From: an uncultured Gudongella sp.
GTDB taxonomy: Bacteria; Bacillota; Clostridia; Tissierellales; Tissierellaceae
Length of the DNA stretch: 48,383 bases
Assembly: GCA_964607545.1 (NCBI GenBank)
Contig: CAZSLV010000001.1
Location: forward strand, 1 to 48,383
Direction: 5' to 3'
Shown: piece after piece, positions 40,101-47,342 of the stretch
Layout: each line of letters starts with the position of its first letter
Numbering within the stretch: position 1 is the first letter of the stretch
Made by a program: the position numbers and the translations under genes
Notes under the pieces: generated by a model
Seen by the model: the letters and a program-made list of their open reading frames with translations, nothing else
Database searches by the model: none
Told to the model about the DNA's origin: nothing

Positions 40101-40285
40101 ACAGAATACCTCCCAAATTATTTAAGCTTTGTTTTATAAACAATCCTTATTTATGATTATACAATAATTTTGTAAAAATATATACCTTGATTTTTTAAGC
40201 ACAATTTTATTTATACTTTAATTAATCTTGTGTAAAGATCTATAATTTATTTGAACTTAATCTTTTATGGTAATTTTCAAAACTA

Positions 40286-40313
40286 TTGAAACCGTTTTCA
40301 TATTAGATATAAT
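40286..40313 (+). promoter_or_regulatory. sigma-A type promoter for kynU
   Basis: TTGAAA-N16-TATAAT. Confidence 0.5.
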
Positions 40314-40345
40314 AGAGTTAATAAATAAAGAGAGGAGACTTGGAT

Positions 40346-41629
40346 ATGAAAGAAAATTTTAAGTTAGGTATCGAGTTTGCGAAAGAAATGGATGGTAAAG
40401 ATGAATTAAGGCATTATAAAGAAAGGTTCTACATTGGCGAAGGAGAGTTGTATTTTGATGGTAACTCTCTAGGTGCTTGTTCCAAGGATGCTGAAGCTTC
40501 AGTTTTGGAGATGCTAGAGATTTGGAAAAGAGAAAAAATATTAATGTGGAATTTTGAAGATGGGAAATATTTTAAATATCCTCAATTTATAGGTGGACTT
40601 TTTTCTGAAATGGTAAATGCAGACAAGAATGAAATTACTGCAACAAATAGCGTTACTATAAATATCCATCAAGCACTGGCAACATTTTACAAGCCTACAA
40701 AAGAAAGGTATAAAATTCTTGTAGATGAATTAAATTTCCCAACAGATATTCATGCAGTTAAAAGTCAAATCAGATTAAAAGGACTAGACATTGAAGATAC
40801 ACTGAAAGTAGTAAAGAGTAGGGATGGAAGAATTATAGAGGAAGATGACATAATAGATGCCTTAACAGATGATGTGGCAGTAGTATTGTTACCAAGTCTA
40901 TTATACAGATCAGCTCAGCTTTTAGATATGGAAAGGGTTACAAAGGCAGCACATGAAAAAGGAATTATTATAGGTTGGGACTTGAGTCATTCTATAGGTT
41001 CTGTACCTCACGACTTTAAAAAAATAGATCCTGATTTCGCTGTATGGGTTACCTATAAACATATTTCTGCAGGACCAGGAGCAAATGCAGTTTTATATAT
41101 AAATAAAAGACACTTCGGTACAGAACCAGGAATGGCTGGTTGGCATGGAAATAAAAAAGAAACTCAATTTTTATTATCTCATGATCACACACCAGCAGAA
41201 GATGCAGATGCTTGGTTAACAGGGACTCCGAATATGCTATCAATGGCCCCTATTGAAGGAGTAATGAGTATATTTAACGAGGCAGGAATTGATAAAATTA
41301 GAGAAAAATCACTAAAAATGACAGATTATATAATCTTTTTAATCGAAGAGAGACTTGCAAAATATGGTTTTTCTAATGGGACTCCAGTAGATCATGCAAG
41401 ACGCGGGGGACATATAGCCCTAGAACATGATGAAGCCTACAGGATTTGTCTTGCTTTAAAAGAAAAGAATGCAATACCAGATTTTAGAGAGCCAAATGTA
41501 ATTAGACTTGCACCTGTTGCCCTATATGTTTCCTTTGAAGATATCCATAAATTAGTAGATATACTTGAAGAAATAGGTAGAGATAAGTTGTACGAAAAGT
41601 TCTCTAACAAGCGTGCTTTAGTTGTATAA
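40346..41629 (+). CDS. kynU: kynureninase
   Basis: YFDGNSLG, NFPTD, WDLSHS.G, WVTYKH.SAGPG, GWHG, RGGH, DFREP..IRLAP; ATG 40346 follows RBS AGGAG. Confidence 0.92.
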   Translation: MKENFKLGIEFAKEMDGKDELRHYKERFYIGEGELYFDGNSLGACSKDAEASVLEMLEIWKREKILMWNFEDGKYFKYPQFIGGLFSEMVNADKNEITATNSVTINIHQALATFYKPTKERYKILVDELNFPTDIHAVKSQIRLKGLDIEDTLKVVKSRDGRIIEEDDIIDALTDDVAVVLLPSLLYRSAQLLDMERVTKAAHEKGIIIGWDLSHSIGSVPHDFKKIDPDFAVWVTYKHISAGPGANAVLYINKRHFGTEPGMAGWHGNKKETQFLLSHDHTPAEDADAWLTGTPNMLSMAPIEGVMSIFNEAGIDKIREKSLKMTDYIIFLIEERLAKYGFSNGTPVDHARRGGHIALEHDEAYRICLALKEKNAIPDFREPNVIRLAPVALYVSFEDIHKLVDILEEIGRDKLYEKFSNKRALVV

Positions 41630-41663
41630 AAATAAAAAGACCAATAAAATGGTCTTTTTATTT
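41629..41663. terminator. bidirectional terminator
   Basis: AAAATAAAAAGACCA-ATAAAA-TGGTCTTTTTATTTT. Confidence 0.8.
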
Positions 41664-41915
41664 TAAATTATATGGTTTTTTCCTATCTATAAAGTTTTGT
41701 CTTTCTAGAGAGTCCTTGTTAAATAAGTTAAATTGAATTTTTTTAAGCTTAGTAACCTTAGTCTTAATTTTCTCCCCATCTTTTGAGAGTTTTTTAAATG
41801 TTTTTTTACTTTTATCCATGTCAAATTGTCTCTTAGTTAAAGAAAAGTTTCCATCTTTTAAGTCCTTTACAATTTCCCTTGGTTTTTTTAAACGCCTTTT
41901 AGTAAAGTTATCCAT
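41658..41915 (-). CDS. small, very basic hypothetical protein (85 aa)
   Basis: RBS-like GGGAGTGG before ATG 41915; Lys-rich; ends at a terminator; no recognisable family. Confidence 0.5.
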   Translation of the reverse strand: MDNFTKRRLKKPREIVKDLKDGNFSLTKRQFDMDKSKKTFKKLSKDGEKIKTKVTKLKKIQFNLFNKDSLERQNFIDRKKPYNLK

Positions 41916-41981
41916 AAACACCACTCCCCACTTTTAGTATGTTTTTTAAAAGTTGATTAGGCTAAGAGACTATTGAATTTT

Positions 41982-42809
41982 CTACCTATAACTATGGATG
42001 CTTGGTAGTATAGTATTTACCCCTATAAAGGTAAATATCACGCAAATAAAACCTATTACTGCAAACCACGCTGCAGATTTACCCTTCCATCCCCTGTTAA
42101 ATCTTAAGTGGATGTAAACTGAGTAAATTATCCAGGTTATCAAGGACCAAGTTTCTTTTGGGTCCCAAGCCCAGTACCTTGACCAAGCTGCCTTTGCCCA
42201 TATGGCCCCTGTTATAATAACTAGGGTCAACATTAAGTAGCCAAATGCAATTACCCTATAACTCATATAATCACAAGCTTCAGCATCAGGAAGGCCAGAT
42301 GTAGTTTTTATACCTTCTTTTTCCCTATTAACTGCTATCAAATACATTGCAGCAAGCCCTGCTGCTACTGCAAAGGCCCCATAACTTATAATTGCAGTAC
42401 CTACATGGATATACAACCATGAACTTTGAAGGGCTGGCATAAGGGGTTTTATATTTTTAGGTAAAACTGATGCATACCCCATAACCAAAAAGGCTATTGG
42501 CATAACAAAGGCCCCTACTGCTGTAAATTTATACACAAAATGTATAACTATATAGCATAAGACTATCCCCCATGTGAAGGAACTTGCAAATTCAAATTGA
42601 TTGGTAAAGGGTAACCTACCTGATTCAATAACCCTAAGGACTATTGCTATATTGTGGAATATAAATCCAACTATGGTGAGTAATACAGCTGCATTTCCTA
42701 CCTTGTCCTTTTTAAGTGCCACATAAATAAAAAATGCTACTGCTGATATAGTATAGGCTGCAAATGCTATTAAAAAAAACATTTCTTCCATTTGAACTAA
42801 GTTTGTCAT
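41982..42809 (-). CDS. ccsA: cytochrome c biogenesis System II CcsA/ResC (WWD domain)
   Basis: RLPFTNQFE, LQSSWLYIHV, TGAIWA..AWSRYWAWDPKETW, C-terminal HSY. Confidence 0.95.
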   Translation of the reverse strand: MTNLVQMEEMFFLIAFAAYTISAVAFFIYVALKKDKVGNAAVLLTIVGFIFHNIAIVLRVIESGRLPFTNQFEFASSFTWGIVLCYIVIHFVYKFTAVGAFVMPIAFLVMGYASVLPKNIKPLMPALQSSWLYIHVGTAIISYGAFAVAAGLAAMYLIAVNREKEGIKTTSGLPDAEACDYMSYRVIAFGYLMLTLVIITGAIWAKAAWSRYWAWDPKETWSLITWIIYSVYIHLRFNRGWKGKSAAWFAVIGFICVIFTFIGVNTILPSIHSYR

Positions 42810-44059
42810 TGTTTATCCCCTCTCTGTAAAGCCTTGTCAACTAGTTGCTTTATTTGATAATTAAAGCCCCATGGATTTTGCCTAGTTGCTATCTTAATGC
42901 TTTTTTCTTCTACTATGATGTTCTTTGGATAAAAGTAGAAGGAGAAAATTAAGCCAAGTATTAACAACAAGCTTCCCAATACAACAAAGAAGTAACCAAA
43001 GTCTTTCCTATAAGTTATCCCTGTATATAGGGTTGAATTTTCAAAAGATATATTTATGTCATTATACTTAATAGGCTCACCTGGTTTTACTATATAGGAA
43101 CCTACATTTTCATTTAAGTGATAGAGTATTACTGCATAAGTAGGGTTATCTTTTTTTTCAGACATTGTGATTGGTTCCCCTGCGCCCGTTAAGAGAAAAT
43201 CAGGATAAAATCCATAGAGGAATATGGTTACATGTTCGGGCTCATAAAAAAAAGATTCCCCGTTTCTTAAAAGTTTCTTTTCTAACTCCACTCCATTTTC
43301 ATCTTTAATAGATAAATCATTACCCCACCCATAGGATGTTTGGTAAAAGTTCAAGTCATTTACCTTTATAGGCTTATTGACCCAAAGGGTTTCTTTTTGT
43401 GGTTCTTGATTTGGTCTTAGGATAGTAACATCACTATAATACTGGTCCACAGTCTTGTTTTCCCTAAAGGCTAACCTGAAATCTTCTAGCTGAATAGAAA
43501 AACCATAGTCTGGAAACCCCTTTATATCTCCTGGTAGCATGTTGAAAAAGCCTTCTTCTGCAAATAAGTTCCCCAAGAAGCTACCAAGTACTATTACAAC
43601 TATACCTAAGTGGGTAACAGATGACCCAATATTTCCTATTTTATGTTTTGATGCCCTAAAACCACCTTGATTTTCTTCTATGTAGTACTTCTTGCTTTTA
43701 ATTAATTCTTTAAATTTCTTTATATCTAAGTCATCTTTATACAAGTTCTCTGCCTCTAAGCTTGCTTTCATAAAATGACCCTTATCCATCCTCTTTAATT
43801 GGCCAGGCAAAATTTTTAAAGTACATCCAACTAAATTTATAATAAAAAAGCCTAACAAGATCCTAAAGACCCATGAGCTATAAACTTGGTCAAATTGAAG
43901 GGTTAAGATTAAATTACCTATTTTCGGATAATCCCTTAGATAAACTTCTCCTGCCAAACCTTGAGGTAGTACTGTTCCTATGATTGAGTAAGTGGCTATT
44001 AAAATAAATAATAAAATTGCTGTCTTCATGCTAGTTAAGTGTCTTATGAATTTATTTAT
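42806..44059 (-). CDS. ccsB: cytochrome c biogenesis System II CcsB/ResB
   Basis: SMKTAI, IIGTVLPQ, VYSSW.F, NL.GC, VTHLG, QYYSD, VNKP, YQTSYG; probable ATA start at 44059 (track start ATG 44029). Confidence 0.9.
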   Translation of the reverse strand: MNKFIRHLTSMKTAILLFILIATYSIIGTVLPQGLAGEVYLRDYPKIGNLILTLQFDQVYSSWVFRILLGFFIINLVGCTLKILPGQLKRMDKGHFMKASLEAENLYKDDLDIKKFKELIKSKKYYIEENQGGFRASKHKIGNIGSSVTHLGIVVIVLGSFLGNLFAEEGFFNMLPGDIKGFPDYGFSIQLEDFRLAFRENKTVDQYYSDVTILRPNQEPQKETLWVNKPIKVNDLNFYQTSYGWGNDLSIKDENGVELEKKLLRNGESFFYEPEHVTIFLYGFYPDFLLTGAGEPITMSEKKDNPTYAVILYHLNENVGSYIVKPGEPIKYNDINISFENSTLYTGITYRKDFGYFFVVLGSLLLILGLIFSFYFYPKNIIVEEKSIKIATRQNPWGFNYQIKQLVDKALQRGDKQ

Positions 44060-44131
44060 TGTCTCCTACCTCCCTCTTATTTAAGTGTAAAACAAAACAC
44101 AATTATATTATAGCTTATTTATATAATAAAT

Positions 44132-44157
44132 AAAAGGGGAGAAAAATCTCCCCTTTT
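44132..44157 (-). terminator. intrinsic terminator after the multiheme cytochrome
   Basis: AAAAGGGGAGA-AAAA-TCTCCCCTTTT. Confidence 0.85.
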
Positions 44158-44160
44158 GTC

Positions 44161-45531
44161 TTATTGTAGTGGTGGTGGTAGATCTGGTATAAGTGTTTCA
44201 TTTAAAGTACTGTCTGTTTCTCTAAAGTCTTTTTCACTTAACCATATCTTAGTATTTTCATGACATGATTCACAACTTTCATTTTGGAAGGTACTCTTTT
44301 GTATATTATGAGTTGGAGAATACTTCCAATTTGTCTTAGTATTATACTTTGGCATTAAGTTGTCACCAACTACTTCTAGCATATTCTCTTGGCCAGGTAC
44401 ATGTCTAAGGGTTACGTATTTGTATGGTCTTTCTTCAGATACTAGTGGATTATAGCCCACCCTAAACATAATCTTTTTCTCTGATGATGACCCTAGTCCA
44501 CTTCCATCTGCTTTTTCATCTAAGTGACACTCAAAACAGTTGTTGTTTGCTTGAGCATGGCATACTTGACAAGAAAGTGAATCTCCATGAACCTTATGTT
44601 CTACATCTGTTGCTACTTCAGGGTCCTTGTCTTCATGACAATCTAAACAAGATGGTAGGTCTTCTTCCCACATATTATAGGATACCTCTATAGATGAATC
44701 TCCATGGAAGTTACTCTTAGGATGACAATCCATACATGTCATACCCTTTTCATAGTGAACATCTCCTCCAAAACCTACTAGGCCCATATATTCCCCTGCG
44801 TTTCTTGCATTATGGCAAGCATAGCAGTTTTCTTCCATTGAAGGTGTACCTAGGAAATTATGTTGGTCTACTAAACCTTCTGAGAAGTTCTTTGCCCTAC
44901 TTACATGGCAATCTCCGCAAGTTGCATGACACTTATAACAATCATTGTCAAATACTTCTTCGTGATGCGGTGAATCAGATAAAGAAGATACATCTGTAAA
45001 TTCAATTAATCCATTTGCCATACCATGAAGGTTGTAATGAATTGAAGTTGCATAGTCTCCTGTGACATTTGCATGACATGCCCCGCAATTTGCTTCAAAA
45101 TCTCTTGATGGATATGAGTCCATCCCTGCGTGAGCTGCTGCTTGGTCAGGTACATTTTCCCCACCATGACAGGCAATACAGCCTAGGCCACCATGGGTTG
45201 ATTCTACAAACTCTTGTGATACTAAAAACATTTGTACAGCTTCCAGCTGTGGTCCAGGGGCCCCTCAACCACCAGTGTCTTCAGCGGCTGGTTCATCTTG
45301 ACCCTTGGTGGAGGCTGCGATGATAGCTTCATTTGTATGACAAGCTATACAACTTGAACTATCAACTGTTTCAAATTCAAATGGCTTGTCTTCTCCACCT
45401 ACTGCTGTGTAATCTTCTTCTGGCAACCCTGGTGCTATACCAAATTGGTAAATCCCAAGGGCAGCAATTCCAATTACACCTACTATTACTAAACTGCTTA
45501 TCCAGTTATTAAATATTTTCGGCTTTGACAC
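44161..45531 (-). CDS. membrane-anchored multiheme cytochrome c (11 CxxCH), putative selenoprotein (Sec89), about 456 aa
   Basis: Track ORFs 45265-45540 and 44161-45231 are in the same frame and joined by TGA plus 11 sense codons (EDTGG-U-GAPGPQLEAVQ-MFL); 1 + 10 CxxCH motifs; N-terminal TM; GTG 45531 follows RBS AGGAGGTG. Confidence 0.85.
45236..45250 (-). promoter_or_regulatory. candidate bacterial SECIS element
   Basis: ACAGCU-GGA-AGCUGU perfect stem starting 15 nt after the UGA (45267-45265); loop begins with G. Confidence 0.7.
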
Positions 45532-45586
45532 AGACTTCACCTCCTATAACTTGGATTTTTGTGTCATATAAGTCCAAGTGATGTGA

Positions 45587-46543
45587 TTAATCTGTTACCT
45601 TTTCTAATCCTGCTTCATCCCAACCTGTCATTCCCCTATTAAGAGAAATAGCATTGTATCCCATCATTCTCATAGCGCCTATTGTTACACCAGCAGTTTG
45701 TCCTGTGTAGCAATATACATAAACTGGTCTATTCATAGGTATTGAATCAATATTAGCTCCAACTTCCTTATAAGGTATATGGATAGCTGTAGGGATATGT
45801 CCTTCTGCAAAGTCTTCAGCTCTTCTAATTGAAAGAACAGTTACTGCATCTGGATTTTCTTCTATTATAGCATTTAGGTCTGCAGGAGAAATTATATAGT
45901 TTTCCCCTTCTTTAAAGTAAGCTTTAGCTGCATCCCATAAAATTTGTCCTCTTTCATCTAGCTCAGGTGCTTTTGCTTCTGGTAATTCATTTGCTTCCAT
46001 TTCAAGAGTATCTTCACCTAATTCAAGTGGAGCCCAACCAAATTTCATTCCTCCAAAGAATGAAACTGCTTTAAATCCTAAAATATTAGCTAAAGCTGCA
46101 ACTTGTGCAGAAGTTTGTCCTGAATAGCACTGGAAAACGATTTGCTTATTCATAGGAAGTACATCTAAGTGTTCTCCAACTTTTCCATAAGGAATATTAA
46201 CAGCACCAGCAATATGGCCTGTTGCATAATCTTCTGGTGATCTTAAGTCTACCCAAAATACTGCATCTGGATTTTCTTCTTTTAAAGCTAATGCTTCATC
46301 AGCCTTAGTGATCATATCATCTGGTATGTTATTTAAAAATTCTACTGCTGCTTCTTTAAGTACATCCTCTGGAACAAGTGCTGGTTCCGCAGGCTCTTCT
46401 GGTTCTTCTGGTTCTACTGCTGGCTCTTCAACTGGTGCTGGTTCTACTGGTGCTGGTTCTTCCTTTGGTGCACATGCTGTTAGCACACTGAAACTCATAA
46501 GAAGCACTAGCAACATGCTTAAAAACTTGATTCTTTTTTGCAT
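45587..46543 (-). CDS. tandem-domain rhodanese (sulfurtransferase) lipoprotein
   Basis: Lipobox LTAC (Cys24), Pro/Glu-rich linker, two domains each with a GHI..A..IP motif and active loops CYSGQTS and CYTGQTA. Confidence 0.9.
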   Translation of the reverse strand: MQKRIKFLSMLLVLLMSFSVLTACAPKEEPAPVEPAPVEEPAVEPEEPEEPAEPALVPEDVLKEAAVEFLNNIPDDMITKADEALALKEENPDAVFWVDLRSPEDYATGHIAGAVNIPYGKVGEHLDVLPMNKQIVFQCYSGQTSAQVAALANILGFKAVSFFGGMKFGWAPLELGEDTLEMEANELPEAKAPELDERGQILWDAAKAYFKEGENYIISPADLNAIIEENPDAVTVLSIRRAEDFAEGHIPTAIHIPYKEVGANIDSIPMNRPVYVYCYTGQTAGVTIGAMRMMGYNAISLNRGMTGWDEAGLEKVTD

Positions 46544-46618
46544 ACAAATTCCTCCTTGTTTTGTTAGTTAATAAATTAACTTATTTTCTTAGCACTATTT
46601 CATAAGTACCTTAATTTT

Positions 46619-46646
46619 AGTATAGCATTTAAAGGAGATATGTCAA
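46619..46646 (-). promoter_or_regulatory. strong sigma-A type promoter of the rhodanese-cytochrome operon
   Basis: Minus strand TTGACA, 16-nt spacer ending in TGC, TATACT. Confidence 0.7.
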
Positions 46647-46915
46647 TAATATTACTGGCTTAGACTATGGATTCTAGGGGTATTTCACTGATAGAAAATA
46701 GCTTCATATTAACCCTTATAGGTCCTTTTAGACTCTTTACATGCCTCATCCCTAGCTATTGGAAGGACTAGGAGACTCCTCATAAAAGTAAATATTTTTG
46801 CAAGATCTTTTAGATGCTAAAAAAATCAAGAAACTTAAGGCAGATAATATAGGAAAAAGGTCCTATGGCCTTTAGTCTATCTGTTAGTTTCTTATAAGCT
46901 TAATATATCTCCATA

Positions 46916-46924
46916 TGGTATAAT
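46916..46924 (+). promoter_or_regulatory. extended -10 promoter for the glutaredoxin gene
   Basis: TGG-TATAAT about 35 nt before ATG 46958; no clear -35. Confidence 0.5.
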
Positions 46925-46957
46925 AAAAGTATTAAATAACTTAGGAGGTAATGGAAA

Positions 46958-47230
46958 ATGAAGAAACAATTAACTGTATTTGGAAGCCCTATCTGACCAG
47001 AATGTGAACCCTTAAGAGAGTTGCTCTTAAAAAACAATATAGAATTTGAATATATAGATATTACTGAAAGCATAAAGAACTTAAAAACATTTTTAACTTT
47101 AAGGGATAGTAACCCTTATTTTGATAAGATTAAGGAAAAGGGAAGTGTTGGGATTCCAACCATTGTAATTGGAGAAGGTGAAGAGTTTATTTATGGTTCT
47201 TTAGATATAGATTTAGATAAACTAAGATAA
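46958..47230 (+). CDS. glutaredoxin-like putative selenoprotein (UxxC), 90 aa
   Basis: RBS AGGAGG, ATG 46958; MKKQLTVFGSPI-U-PEC-EPLRELLLKNNIEFEYIDIT...GSVGIPTIV; TGA at 46994-46996 occupies the first Cys position of CxxC. Confidence 0.88.
47012..47030 (+). promoter_or_regulatory. candidate bacterial SECIS element
   Basis: UUAAGAG-AGUUG-CUCUUAA perfect 7-bp stem starting 16 nt after the UGA. Confidence 0.7.
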
Positions 47231-47307
47231 TTCTAATGGGTCCAAGTTTCTAAGTTGGGTATAAATATAAGTAGGTATTATAAAATTGTTTTATAATATA
47301 TGTACTT

Positions 47308-47331
47308 AATGTCTAAAGGAATGTCTAAAGG
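47308..47331 (+). repeat. 12-bp tandem duplication
   Basis: AATGTCTAAAGG x2 just before the catalase RBS. Confidence 0.8.
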
Positions 47332-47342
47332 GAGGAATGTGA

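Noticed and set aside
45532-45540. Track start GTG 45540 for the cytochrome
   Set aside because: That GTG is part of the AGGAGGTG RBS; GTG 45531 has proper spacing.
46376-46465. Repetitive GGTTCTACTGGTGCT-like DNA as a possible repeat array or CRISPR
   Set aside because: It encodes the Pro/Glu/Ala linker of the rhodanese lipoprotein; there are no constant repeats with unique spacers.
46709-46783. Short minus-strand ORF (MRSLLVLPIARDEACKESKRTYKG) in the rhodanese-glutaredoxin intergenic region
   Set aside because: 24 codons, no RBS, no recognisable motif; it could be a remnant but cannot be supported.
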